Assembly (NCBI GenBank): GCA_026936335.1
Contig: JAPMXV010000007.1
Span: forward strand, 310,001-374,000
Length of the DNA: 64,000 bases
From: Mantamonas sphyraenae STR306
Lineage: Eukaryota > Protista > CRuMs
Direction of reading: 5' to 3'
Shown here one piece after another: positions 32,601 through 46,567 of this stretch (position 1 is its first letter; the number at the start of each line of letters is the position of its first letter). The notes beneath the pieces were generated by a model that saw nothing but the letters and a program-made list of their open reading frames with translations, searched no databases and was not told the origin of the DNA. Position numbers and translations under genes: made by a program.

Positions 32601-35600
32601 CATCAACGCGACGTGCGTGGGTCCGTACGCCACGCTGGAGCCCGAGCGGGTGCGGTTTGGCCAGATGGAAGTGCTGCACAGTCAGGAGCAGACGGTGCAT
32701 GTGCACAACCCGACGCCTATCCCGCTGCCCTTCAAGGCATTTGTCAAGGGCCGTGGCTCTCGTTTTGCTCTGTCTCACGCAGACAGTGTGGTGGCGCCGG
32801 GCGACACGCTAGACCTGACGGTCGAGGCGCACCTGGACGACACCAAAAAGTTTCAGGACGAACTGTGCATTGTGGTCACCGAAGGCCAAACCTACCGCGT
32901 GCCCATCAGTGCCACAGGCACAGGGACAACCATCAGCGCAGACGCAGACATGGAAATGATTGACTTTGGCGACCAGTTTAGCAACCGGTCGACGCGCAGG
33001 ACGTTCCGCCTGGAGAATCAGGGCCGCCGCCCGGCCACGCTGAAGTGGACGATGGAAAAGATCAACGGAGAGCCTGCGAGCGGGTCGCGAGAGCGCCGCA
33101 TGGCTGCTATCCGTGCAGGCAAGCAGCCGAAGCGACTGGAGTCGACGTTTGTCGTGACGCCAGACAAGTTTACCGTGGACGGCCACACAGGCTTTGAACT
33201 GGAAATCGAAGCGGCCAGCGATGCGGCACGCGAGATTGTGGAGGAGTGGGTGTGCACATCCACAGTGGGCAACAAGACGACGGTGGTGTTCCGCTCGACA
33301 CTTCGAGCCAACTTTGTAACGCCGCTGCTGGAGTTTGACCCGCCGCAGCTTGCGTGGGAGTTTCTGAACCGGTCGCACGACACGGAGCGCATTACAGAGT
33401 ACAAGCAGCTGCGTGTGCGCAATGGCAGCGCTCTGCCGCTGGAGTTTGCGATGTCGTGCGCAGCGCCGTTTGAGTGCACGTCGAACCAGCTGATTTTGCC
33501 GTCGGGTGGAGAGACGAGCATCAACGTGGGCTTCGACGTGGAGTGGAAGAAGGACACCGTGTCGCAAGAGGTGAACGAAAACATTGTGGTGAGCTACGCG
33601 GAGCATCCGCAGCGTGACCACATCCCACTGACGGGCAGCATTTGGTTCCCAAACGTGGCGATGGATCGGCAGGAGTTGAGCTTTGGCTCGCTGCTGAACG
33701 ACACAGAAAGCCGTGAGTTTGTGGTGGTGAGCAACCCGGGCAAGCTTGTGTCGCGTTGCGAGTGGACGTTTGTGGAGGGGTCGCTGTCGGTGACGTCGAT
33801 CACGCCGACAACGGCACGCACGCAAGAAGTGTCGGAACCCGAGATGGACATCCACGAGGTGTTTGACATCGTGCCGCGGGTGTTTGAGCTTGCGCCGGGC
33901 GAGTCGCAAAAGATCGAGTTTGTGTTTTACGGGTTTGAGGACACGCGGATCGCTGGAACGGCCATGTGTCTGGTGGACGGTGGACCGGAGTACCGCGTGG
34001 AGTTGCAGGGCGAGGCGTCGTCGGTGCACTACCGGCTGGATCAAAGCGAACTGGACTTTGGCGTGGTCGCGTTTGACCAGGTGGTGGAGAAAGAGATCAA
34101 GCTGATCAACCCAGGCAAGGTGCCGTTTGATTTTGACGTGCAGATGGACAAGGTGTCGCGAGCTGATGTGGTGGAGGTGCAGCCGATGTCGGGTCAGATT
34201 GGCGCGGAATCGATGCGCACGCTGCGCGTGCGCTTCCTTGCGTCGGGCCCCGAGCAAATCGAGGAGCAGTTTATGATCAAAGTGGCGCACTTTGAGCCGG
34301 ACATTGTGACCGTGCGTGGTTGTGGTGCCTTCCCGAGGCTGTCTGCGTCTTTGCCGCGGCTGGAAACGGATGACATGGAGGGGTTGTTGGAACGTGCGCG
34401 CCAGGTGCTGCAGGAAGGTGGAAATTGGCACCCGATGACGGTGGAGTACCGCCCGCCTGCGACGGCGATGCCCATGACGGCGCGCCCTGGGACACGTGCG
34501 GCCACGGCCATGGCCAGCAGCAGCAAGCAGGTGCTGAGCATCGACACGTCCGCAGGTGTGGGTGTGGATGTGAAAGGCAAGGGCAAGGTGGAGGCTGAAA
34601 GAGCGCCAGAGGAAGAGGATGACGAGGAGGAAGACGACGGCGACGTGGAGCTCGATGTGCCCGTGATGGGCATGCGTTTGGGAGAAGCAGAGTTGCTTGC
34701 CGAGGCGGAGCGTTTGACGGTGTTGGATCAAATCGATGCCCACGCGGAACGGCTGGCTGAGGTGCGAGCGAGCAGGGGACTGGTAAACACGGCCGGGTCA
34801 AGCAGCACGCGCGGACGACCGAGCACTTCTGGGCGTGGGAAATCGCACCTGAGTAGCGTGGCGCGTGATCTGCCGCACGCGCGTGTGGTGTTGGCCAACT
34901 ACGTGCTGGACTTTGGCTTTGTGGTGAAGGGAACTTCAAAGAGCAAGAAGTTCACGTTGCGCAACACCGGCTTTGGGCCAATCTCGTTTGACGTGGACAA
35001 GCGCAGGCTGCAGGGAATGGGCGTTGACGTGAAACCCGACCGTATGCTGCGCATGGTGAGCGGCCCGCAAGGAGAAGACGTGGAGTTTACGGCGGTGCTG
35101 CAGTCAAAGAGCAGCGCGGTGCAGGTGGGCGACTGGACGGGCGAATTCCCGATCCGAGTGAAGAACGGGCCGACGGTGATGGTGCACATGAAGGCACAAG
35201 TGGAGGTACCGGACGTGTACTTCAACCGTGAGCGCCTGGACTTTGGCAGCGTGGCTGTGGGCCAGTGCAAGGTGATTACGGTAAAGATTTGCAACCCGCA
35301 GAACGTGCCGTGCGAGTGGTCAGCCATGAGTTTGCGTGGCCAGAAGGACGAAGAGGGCAACTCGATCGGGTTTGGTGCGTTTAGCGTATCGCCTGCGCAG
35401 GGTACCTTGGCGCCTGGGGAAGAGCGTCTGGTGGAAGTGAAGTTTACGCCGGAGGAAGCACGCGAGCACGGGGTGAAGATTGGTGTACGTGTGACGCTGA
35501 ACCAGCGTCAGCGCGTGCTTGTGTGCCGCGGAGAAGGACAGGCGACGCGTGTTCGTCTGTCGAGCAACAAGGTGACGTTTGAGCCGTTGCTGCCGTACAC

Positions 35601-38600
35601 GACGCAAGAGAGCAAGAGTGTGGTGCTGTACAACCCGTGCGAATACCCGATCGAGGTGTACTCGCTGGACTTTGACACGCAGTACCTGCACGAGCAAGAA
35701 ATGGTGCGTGCGATGCCCGAGTTTCACACGGACGAGGAGGACGCCAAAAAGAAGGAGCTGCATATGCCTCCCCGTGGGCCGGGCGAGGGGCTGCCCGCGC
35801 CGATTGTAGCCAACTACCAGGCCATCAAGGAAGCGGAGCGAGCGGCAATGGAGGAAGAGCAGCGTGCGCTTGCAGAGGCGCGTGCGAAACAAGTTGCCGA
35901 GGAAGAAGCAGCAGCGGCGGCAGCGGCAGCGGAAGCAGGCGAGGATGTAGAGGCAGCTGCGGGAGCAAACACAACATCTGAGGGCGAAGATGGCAAGGGA
36001 CGTCCTGGTACGTCGTCGTCGAGGCACTCGCACAGCGGACGCAAGCGATCTGGACGGGGATCGTCGCGCGGGCGCAGCAAGGACAAGCAGCGCAAGGAAA
36101 AAGGCGGCGAAGCAGAGACGTTGCAGGTAGACACTGCAGCAGCGGCGGAGGAAGTGAATGTGCTGACGATTGACTCATCGCTCGCAGCGACGCCGAGGAG
36201 TAGCGCGAGCGCAGAAGAGGCGGAGGCGTCGTCGATGGCAATGGCCAGCCCTAGGTCTGTGAACGGAGTGGGCGAAGTGGAAGCAGCTGTGGCTGAGGCC
36301 GGAAGCGGACCGCAGAGTGGCCCAGCGCAGCCTGAACACGCGGTCAACGTGATTGTGTACGGACCGCCGCAGAGCGGAGTGACAAGCCAGGCGATGGCGC
36401 TGGGCAAGTACTACCAAACGCCTGTTGTCAGCGTGGATGCCGTGCTGGAGGAAAGCATGAAACAAGAAACCGGGCTTGGCATGGTGCTTCGCCACACGCT
36501 GGAGGAGATTGAGCGCAAACGGGCGGCCGGAGAGCTGGGCACTGACGGCGAAGCGGCACAGGGTGACGAAAGCAGCGTGTCAGCAAGCGGGCCTGGGTCG
36601 GGGAGCAAGACTGTGGCCGGACGACGTGCAGGAGGGTCGACGACACGGCGTGGGTCGCGTTCGGGCAGGCCGAACAAGGGCCGTGCGGGAGCAGGCGGAA
36701 GCAAGGCGGCTGGCGGACGCGGAAGCGGACGCAGTGGCCTGGGCGAGAGCGGAGAGAGCGAAGAGCAAAACGAAGCCAAGGAGGAAACAGCGGACGATCC
36801 GCGATACGCGCCGATGGGTTTGCTGGTGGCCATCCTGAAGCAGTTTCTGCGCGGCGAGGCGTTCCAGCGCGGCGTGGTTCTGGATGGACTTGCCAGCAGG
36901 TTTACAGCGGACGAGCACATGACGGCACGGGTGTTGGAGAGGCTGGCAAAGGGAGAAGAGGCTTCTTGGTACGTGGTGGTGCTGGACGTGTCGCCGCGCA
37001 AGGTGCTGGAGCGAGACCTTGCGGAGCGGGAAGCAGCAGCGCTTGCGGAGAAACAGGCAGCGCTGGATGCACGGGAGAAGGAGATTGCGTATGTGCAGGA
37101 GGTGACGGAGGATGAGTACGAGGCGATGAGCGAGGAGGAACAAGCGGAGTACGACAAACGGCTGCGCAAGTATGTGGATGAGAAGCGTGCACTGGAGAAA
37201 GAACGGCGCGAGGCAAAAGCAGAGCGTGAAAGGCTGGCGGAAGAAGAGCGCAAACGCGCAGAAGTGGCAGCAGCGGAAGAGGAGCGAGCAGCACAGCTGG
37301 CGGCGGAGGCCGAGGCGCACAAGCGCACAGGGCGTCGTGGAACGCGTGGAGCACGCACGGCACGACGTGGTGGTAAGGAGAGCAGCGGAAAAGAGATGGG
37401 TGTGCCTGCAACTGGCGGGGAGAGGGAGTTGTCGCCGCGGGAAGGCGGTAAACAAGGGCGTGCGAGCAGCTCGATGAGCGGCAAGAGCGTCGAGACGGCG
37501 GAGTCTGTGGGTGGCGGCGAGGAACACGGGGACCAGGAGGCGGAGACGGCCATGTCGCTGGACAACGAACAGTTTGACGCGGAGCTTGTGGTGCGCATGA
37601 AGGCTTTCCAGAGCGTGTTTGGCAAGGTGGCGAGTGCATTGCAGCTTGTGTTGGATGACGAGACAAGCGACCTGGCACAGCTGATGGCCGCCCACAAGGC
37701 GGAGGAGGAGGCAGCAGCGGCGGCAGCAGCTGAGGAGGAGATGAAGCATGGGAACCGAAGCGGGCGACGCACGAGCTCGCGAGGGAACAGTCGGGCGGCG
37801 GCGGCAGCAGCAGCCGCAGACGAAGAAGGGGAAGGCGAAGAAGCACAGGAAGCGGTTGACGAGGAGGAGAAGGAAGCTGTGGTGAAGTCTGTGGTTGTGC
37901 CCGGAAACTTGGACCAAGAACAGGCGATGGGTGTGATGCAGGTGTTGCTTCCGCTGGTGCCACCCATGGGCGACGAGGACGAAGGCAAGTTGCATATCCC
38001 GGGACCCGTAACGTATGATCTGTACAAGTACCCTCTGAAGACGAAGCCGCGAGTGCCAGTGACAAACTTTCGCATTGCGACCGTGCACCACCTGACTGAA
38101 GAGGAGATCCGCGCCAAGGCACAGGAGATGGCGGATGCCGCCGCCGCCGCCGCCGCAGCAGCAGAGGAGGAAGCACGCCGAGGACGTCGCGGGAAGCGCA
38201 GCAAGGAGAAGGAGACACACAAGGAGGTACCGAAGGAAGAAGGCGCCACGGGAGAAAGCGGCGTGGAAGAGGAGGACCCGCTGCTGGAGTGGATGGACAA
38301 GGTGCAAGTGTTTCACACCGACGAGACGCAGACGCGATGGGTGTTGCAGCCGTTTGAGAACGTGGAGCTGCTGGTGAGCTTTGAAGCGAGCCAGGTGGGC
38401 GACTACGTATCGCAGCTGGGCTTCCAGGCTGTGGGCGGACAAAAGATCCATACAGTGACGGTACAAGGCGTGTGCGCGTTGCCTCAGGTGAGCGACAACG
38501 TGCGCAACGTGTACATGAACCGACGCGCAGGGAAGCGCATGCGTGTGCCGACCAATGGTGTGTTGCAGAACGCCACGGAGCGGCTGCTGGAGGCGGAGAA

Positions 38601-41600
38601 GATCAAACGTGGGCCGTCGAGGCTGAGTGTTGCAACAAGCAGCTCGCATCGCATGGCACGCAGCATGTCGCGTGGCACGCAGCGGTCAGGAGCAGGCACG
38701 CCCGGGCCAAAGAAGGTGCAACTTGGCGCACTGGACCCGGCGCTGCTTGTGCGTGGTCTCGTAGCGAAACACTACGACCCAGCGAGCGATGTGTTTGAAT
38801 TTGGCCCGCTGCTGACGACCAAGGAGCCACTGCGGAACGAAATGGGCCAGAGTCGCAACCCGGAGCACTTTGAAGAGCTGCGCATCACGAACAACGGTCT
38901 GTTTGCAACGGACGTTCAGTTTGTGTTTGCCAACGACGAGCTGGGCGAAGTGTTTACAGTGGAGCCGAAGCAGATTCACCTGGAGGTGGACGAGACGCGC
39001 ACGGTGGTTGTTTGGGCATACCCGCGAAAGGACGGGGAGTTCAAGGATGCGCTTGTGTGCGTTGTGAAGAACAGTCCAAAGGTGGTTCAGTTTCCCATGC
39101 GCTGCGTGGGCAGCACGCCGTGTGTGGAGCTGGAAGGAGCGGAACTTGACTTTGACAAGATGAAGCTCGGCAGCGAGGACACAAAGACGGTGCTCGTGCA
39201 CAACCGCACGCCGTTGCCTGTGGTGTTCCGCGTGCAGGAGAACTCATTGCCTGCAGAGGCGTTTATGGTGTCGCCGATGCAAGGGTACATTGCTGCCAAT
39301 GGTTCGCAGGCAGTGGAAGTTCGCTTTTGCTCGGAGGAGGAGCGCAAGTTTAGCGGGAGCTTCGAGGTTGCTGTGAGCGACCCGTACGGAGTTTCTTCTG
39401 GGCTGGATGTGATCGAAGAGGTCATGGAGAGTGCAGACGAGTCAGAAGGGGCTAAGGAGGGCGAAGGCGACAAGGGAGATGTGCAGGCGCAGGTCCGTCC
39501 TGCAACGCCGGCTTGGACACCGAACCAGGTGGAGACGGTAAAGGTGGAGGCAGAGGCGTTTGAGATTGCACTGGACTTTGCGTTCCCGAAGGAGGAGAAG
39601 ATTCTGGATCTGGGCGTGTTTCGCGAAGTGCTGCACGAACAGTTTACGATCAAGAACAACGGCAAGTACGACGCACACTTTGCGCTGGAGGTGAACGAAG
39701 CGCTGGGGGCGGTGATGGAGGTGACGCCTTCGGAAGGAGTGCTGAAGGCAAACGACAAGCAGCCGCTGACGGTTGCGGTGCACGTGAACACAGGCTGCGA
39801 GATGAGCTACGACGGGATGGGTCTGACATGCCGCGTACTGGAGGCCGAGAGCGGAGAGGCACAGAAGGAGGTGGGCATCCATGTGCGTCTGCAGAGCGTG
39901 TACTCGAAGCCGAGCGTGACGCCTGCGCGTGGCATCAACTTTGGGCCGTTGAACTTTGAAAACACAAAGCGACGCGTGGTGGAAATCAGCAACCACGGCG
40001 AATTTGATTTCCGCGTGAACTTTGTGCGCATGACACGGGAGGTAGAGGAGCGGGAGGACGAGCGTGTGCGTGCAGTGCAACGAGAGAAGCGCGGTCTGCA
40101 GGCGGAACTGGAGGCACGCGCAATTGAAGAGGCTGTGGCCAACACGGGTAGCGAGGAGGGCGAGGCGGAGGCAGGCAAGGAGCCAGCGAAGGAGACGGGG
40201 AAAGAGGGTGGCAAACAGGAAAAGGAGGGACGTCCAAAGTCGAGCAAGGGGGACAAGAGCGAGAAGGGCCGCAAGGGCAACCGTACGTCGCGGCGCCTCA
40301 GCAGCCGGGAGGGAAAGAAGCGAGGCAGTGGATCAGGCAGCAGCAACGCGGGGGCGAGCAGCAGCAGCAGCAGTAGCAGCAGCAGCAGCGGTGTGGGTGG
40401 TGGTGTTGTTGGCTCGAGCAGTGACACACACGGCAACTCGGCGGGCGCGGTGGGACTTGGCGAGGCCTTGAAGACGGGCAACTTTACGATCCGTCCGGGG
40501 GCTTTGATGGTGCCACGCGGCGAGAGCGTGCAGGTGGAGATCGAGTTCCATGCGGGCGAGGCACGTGTGTACACGGAGGTAGTGGGCATCGACGTGGTGG
40601 ACCGAGATCCGCGGGAGCGCATGATGGCGTTTGAGCTTGTGGGCGAGTCTTGCGTGCCTGGAATCAACACACAGGACATGGCAGACATCTTTGAGGAGCA
40701 GACAGTGACACAGCACCTGGACGTGTTCCACACGAAGAGCTCGACGTACGCGGAGGCAGACCGGATCTTTATGTTTTCGCCCGTTGTGAGCGGATACGAA
40801 GCACGCGAGCGGGTGAAGATCATGAACCCGTACAAGGTGGCGTGTGACGTGGACCTGCGCATTGTAAGCCGTGGGGGCGTGGGAGGGAGCAAGAGCGGGA
40901 ACGATGCGGCCGCGTTTGACGTGCAGCCTGCACGTCTGCACATCCCGATGCACGAGCACAGGTATGCTACGGTGTATTTCAAGCCGGACGAGCTGCACCA
41001 GTATGCAGCGGTGTTTGAAGCGACTGTGGAAGGGGGCGTGGACGAGAGCAGCGCCAGGCTGAGTTTTGACGTGCGAGGCGAAGGTACGCTGCCACACGTG
41101 AACCTGGAGCTTCCCAACGGAAAAATGGCGAATGCGTTGCAGTTTTCGCGGCTGCTGCTTGGACGTGAGCAAGTGCTGCGGTTCAATGCGCGCAACGACG
41201 GAATCATCCCGGCCAAGATCAAGTGCGAAATGGCAAACGACCCCGGGTTTACGTTTATGCAGCGCGGTAGCAGCCTGACGGTAGGCGCAGGACAGTCGCG
41301 TCAGCTGGAGGTGCGTTTCCACCCGCAAGAAAGCAAGAAGTACGCGGTGCCGCTGAAGATTGTGGTGGACAAGAACGAGTACGCGGACACGGTGGTGCTG
41401 CTGCAGGGCGAAGGGTACCAGGAAGATGTGACGTTTGACGAGCTGCCGGACGGTGTTGTGAATGACGAGCTGCGCTTTGGCGACGTGGCGATTCACGAGT
41501 CTGTGCAACGCGGGTTTGTGCTGCGCAACAACAGCGAGCGCTGGTTCAGGTACGAGTGGCCGGAGCACGCACACTTTGGATTCACGCCGCGGTGTGGCCA

Positions 41601-44600
41601 TTTGGCACCGTACGGTAGCAAGGCACTGGTGGCAACGTTTGAGGCCAGCGAGCCGGTGCAATACGACAAGGTTGCGCTGGGCCTGCAGGTGTGCGAAATT
41701 GCACACGTGGAGGGAGAGGACGGAGAGGCGTGGGACAGCGAGATGCAAGTCGTACGCTGGGTGGACGAGGCACAGTGGAAGGTGGAGCAGGAGGCCAAGG
41801 CACGGCGTGCGGAAGAGGAGAAGCGCCGGGCTGAGGAAGAGAAGCGCCGCTCGGAGGGCAAGCGTGGCAAACGAGGCACAAAGAGGCAGTCGTCGAAGCA
41901 GCGTATGGTTGCAGAGGAGATGGAGGTAGCAGTGCCGCGGAAGCAGGGCGAGGCGTCGGCAGGCGAGTCGTCAGGCAGCAGCAGCAGCAGCAACGGCGGC
42001 GGCAGTGGCAAGCCTCGCAAGGTTGTGGAAGCGAAGGAGGAGCCAATGCATGAGGTGGTGAAAGAGAGCGAGCGGGAGCTTGTGATGACGGTGAGCGGGG
42101 TGGCGGACGAGGGTCGATACGAGTGCGACACGGAGAACATTGTGTTCCGAGACACGATGATGTTCCAGACGCGTGCGTTTGAGTTTCCTGTGCGCAACCC
42201 AAGCAAGACCGGGATGCAGTTCCGATGGTATGTGCTGGACGAGCTGAACGACGTGGTGGACGAGCACGCGCCCTTCCAAGTGCAGCCCGAGTCTGGGGTG
42301 ATTGCAAGCGGGGCGGTGCAGAACTTCAAGGTGCGATTTGCACCGCGGGACGTGGATCAATACGGCAGGCGACTGGCGTGTGACATCACCAACCTGGGCG
42401 ATGAGTGCGAGCCGCTTGTGATTGGAGTGCTGGGCGAAAGTGTACGCCCGCTGTGCCACTTTGAGCTTGCGGCAAGTGACTACCTGAGCGGAGAGCGTCG
42501 CAACCCGGAGCGACGTGGACCGGGTGGGAAGCTGGGACCGCTGGATAGCAACACCCAGGTGATTGAGATGGAGTCGTGCGGCATCAAGGTGAAGAACACG
42601 AGGCGCTTCCACGTGTTGAACCCGACGAATGTGTCGTACGAATTTGAATGGGAGAGCCACGACGTGATGGGCAAGGGCAAGCGCAGCGCATTCCGATGCG
42701 TGACGCGCAAGGGCCTCGTGCACAGCGGGAAAAAGTTTGAGATGGTGTTTGAGTACACACCGGAGAGCCTGGACCTGGTGGAGTCGTTCTGGACCTTCCA
42801 CATCCCGAGTGAAGGGTGCAGCGTGCCTGTGCTGCTTGTTGGCCAGGCGCGTGAGCCGAATGTGTACCTGGAGCAGAGTGCGATCCAGTTCAACGAAATG
42901 CTGGTGGGCCGCAAGGCACAGCAGGAAGTTGCGCTTGTGAACGACGAGGTAGTGCCGTTTTCGTTCAGTGTGGACAAGCGGTCGCTGCAGGGAGTGGGCG
43001 ACGCGCTGAGTGTGTCGCCTCTGAACGGAGTGGTGGGCCCGCACTCGCAAACGCCACTGAAAGTCCGGTTCAGGCCGGGCATGGAGAAGGAGTTTAACAT
43101 CAACGCGGTTGTGAACGTGCTGCGCAAGCCGAGCAAGGTGGTGTTGAATGTGAAGGGCGAAGGGTACCGCATCCACGAGGAGGTGGTTGTGGTGAGCGAG
43201 GAGGAGGAGCAGGGCATGGTGGAAGCAGCGAGCAGCAGCAAGGCAAAGGGCAAAGGCAAGGCAGCACATGGTGGAAGGCAGGTGCTTGTGCCGAGCAAGA
43301 GCGCGGGCCAGGCAAACGTGGTGGACTTTGGTCATGTGCATGTGAACGCGAAGCAGGTGAAGCGGATGGTGCTGCTGAACACGGGCAAGTTCAACTTTGA
43401 CTTTACGTTTACCGGTGGCGAGCACCGGTCGGTGTCGGTGTCGCCTGCTCTGGGCACGGTGCCGAAGGGCGAGCGAGTGACGGTGGAGTTGACTTTCCAT
43501 CCGCGAACACCGATGCAGCTGCGCAACGTGGAGCTTGTACTGAAGATCACCAACGGCCCGCGGTACACCATTGCGGTGCAGGGGGTGGGCAAGCGGCCGG
43601 CGCTGACGTTCTCGTGGACAGAGGCAGACTTTGGGCCGCAATTTGTGTTTCGTCAGGGGATGGAGCCGTACCAGAAGAGCTTGCTCGTGCGCAACGACGA
43701 CCAGGAGGAGATTAGCTTTGACGTGCCGTTTGTGCAGAACGAGTGGCTGGAGGTGCAGGCGTCGCCGACGATCCTGCAGCCGGAGCAAGAGGTGGAGATC
43801 CCGGTGCTGTTTACGCCGCGGGGAGTGAGCAAGTACGCAGAGGTGATTGACTTTCACGTGAACTCACTTGTGAAAATGCAGGTGACTGTGGCGGGGGAGG
43901 GTGTGGAACCGCACGTGGAGATGAGCAACAGCCAAGTTCGGAGCGTGTCGTTTGGGGCACTGCGTGTGGGAGAACGGCTGCAACGCACGGCGAAAATGGT
44001 GAACCGATCAAAGATTGGCGTGCGCGTGAAGATGACGACACTGGAGCGACTTGCGCGGTACGGGGTCACGGTGAAGCCGGCGGAGGTGTCGCTGAAGCCG
44101 AAGGAGTCGTGCAACCTGCAGCTCACGTTTGCGCCGGGAGAGCGTCTGATTCCGTTCCAGGAGGCGTTGGAGATGGAGATTATGGGCACTGGGATGCGAC
44201 AGGAACTGTTGGAGCTGCAGGGAGCGTGCAACGGAGTCGAGGTGAAGCTGGAAAACGAACGTGTGGCGTTTGGGGCGGTGAGCAAGGGATCGTTTGCGAA
44301 GCGCAAGCTGCAACTGCAGAACATGGGAGACATCGGAGTGCGGTTCAAGGTTCGCGGTATGCGTGCGCCGTTCAGCGTGACGCCCAGGGAAGGGTTTGTG
44401 CACGCGGGAGTGGACATGTCGCTGGAGCTTGGGTTCGCACCGCAGGAGCTGGATGGAGACATCGAGCTTGACGGGGTGGAGTGCGTGATTGACGACGAAA
44501 GCGGGGTGGAGCGTGTACTTCCGCTGTCGCTGAGCGGCATGTGTGTTGCGCAGGAGGCCGAAGTGGAACCTGTGGAGTTTACGGTGCCTGTGCGAGAGTC

Positions 44601-46542
44601 GCAGAGCAAGCATGTGACGCTGACGAACCGCAGCCAGGACAAATGGCACATTGTGCCGGTGTTTTCGGACGCAACGTGGAGTGGTGCGGAGTATGTGGAT
44701 GTGCCGGCGGGGCAGACTGTGAAGTACAAGATCGAGTACCGCCCGGTGGTGATGACTGGCCACAACGTGGAGGACGGTGGACATGGGAGCGGAAGTGGAA
44801 GCGGGAGCGGGAGCGGCAAGGGCAAGAAACGGGTGACGGTGGGCGAGAGTAGCAGTGGAAGTGGAAGTGGAAGTGGAAGTGGAAGTGGGAGCGCGCGGCG
44901 TCCGACGAGCAGCCGCAGGAAGAAGGGAAGCAGCAAGGGGACAGGCAGCAGCAGCAGCAGCAGCAGCGGGGGCGGCAAGAGGCGCAAGGGAGAGGATGAG
45001 GAGGTGGACCTGGGAGAGTCGTCACAAGGAGGAAGTGGAGGAGAGGATGTGGAGGACGAGAAGCTGCATCGCGGAAGCGTGTTCTTTCCGCTTCCGGACG
45101 GGACAGCGGTGCTGTACAAGCTGCACGGAAAGGTGCTGCCACCTCTGGCAAGCGGAGAAGTAGAGGTGAAGGTGGCTGCAAAGACGGCACACATCGAGGC
45201 GTTGCAAGTGAGCAACTGGCTGGCGAGTGCTCAGCGGTTTGTGGTGAAGAGCGAATTCGACGGGGACGAAAGCGTGAGCGTGGGTGGACTGGAAAAGATG
45301 GATGTGCCGGGCCAGTCGACGCGTGTGTACCAGTTGAACTTTTTCGCGCACAAGCCAGGGACGGTTCGTGGCCGGGTGACGTTTACGAACGCGGAGACCA
45401 GGGAGTACCAGTTCTTTGAGTGCGTGTTCCGAGTGGGCGAAGCGTCTGTGGTGGAGGAGTTTGTGCTGGACACGCCTGTGCGTCAGGAGGTGGTGCGGAC
45501 GGTGGAGGTGAGCAACACGCTAGATCGGGAGGTGAAGATGCGTGGAACGTGCGAGCACGGGGACGTGGTCGTGCCGAGTGAGGTGCGGGTGGGACCAAAG
45601 AGCACTGCACGCGTGCCAGTGTCGTACTTGCCGCTGGTGGTTGGAGAGAGCGTGTCCGCAGTGCGGTTTACGAGCGAAGAGCTGGGCGAGTTTGTGTACA
45701 AGGTGCGGCTGGTGGGGATGGCAGCGGCGGCGGAGAAACCGCTGACGTTCAAGAACGAGCTGGGGATGGCAAGCGTGCTGACGTTCCGGTTCATGAGCTA
45801 CACGCGCAGCAAGTGCGAGTACAGCGTGAGTGTGCAAGGCGACGATGGCGACTTTGTGGTGGACAAGAGCGTGAGCGCGCCTGCGGCAACAGGAGCACGT
45901 GGAGAGGGAGTGGAGGTGGGACTGGACGTGGGATTTGAGCCGACGCGTGTGGGGGAGTCGCGAGGGACACTTGTGGTGCGATCCAACGTGGGCGGGGAAT
46001 ACCGTGCAGTGCTTGTGGGCCATTGTGTGGCAGCGACGCCGCAGGGCCCTGTGAGCGTGAAGGGCACGGGCACGACGGGGATCACGTTCAAGAACGTGTT
46101 TGCATCGTCGATGGAGTTTACGTACAGTGTGGACAACCCGCGCTTCACGGTGACAAAGAAGAAGGAGACGGTGGGAGGGAAGAAGAGCACGCGAATCGAC
46201 GTGGGATTCAACGCAGGGGAGCTGAGTGTGGGCGCAGGCGTGGGATCGTCGAGCTCGAGCAGCAGCGATGGAGGAGCATTGAGCAGCAGCAGCTCGACGG
46301 GCGGAGCGGGACGCAAGACGAGCCGCAGCGGACGCAAGACCAAGCGCGGAAGCAGCAGCAAGAAGAGCGGAAGCGGAAAGGGCAAGGAGCGGGAGGAGGA
46401 AGGAGGGGAGGAGGAAGTTGCAGACGGAAGTGCAGAGGTTGTGAATGCGTTTGGAGGGACGGCGGTGATGGGCAAGCTGGTTGTGGTTGCGGCGAGCGGG
46501 GAGAGTTGGGTGTGGTACCTGCGTGGAAGCGTGGAGAAATGA
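29658..46542 (+). CDS. HYDIN: HYDIN, axonemal central-pair protein (~5441 aa)
   Basis: Exons 29658-29807, 30021-30266, 30363-30785, 30945-31299, 31391-46542 total 16326 nt in frame. FQPFPQEIVFQNYEP...LRNNDK, KVAPGM, VTEREKFIVP, many ASH/Ig-like repeats (LDFG...V.N), an adenylate-kinase-like block near 36340, FEFGPLL, and C-terminal WVWYLRG. Confidence 0.96.
44787..44892 (+). repeat. (GGAAGT/GGGAGC)n hexamer runs encoding GS repeats within HYDIN
   Basis: Two GSGSGS tracts in a low-complexity insertion. Confidence 0.85.
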
Positions 46543-46567
46543 TGATGTGGATTGGAATAGAGCGAGT

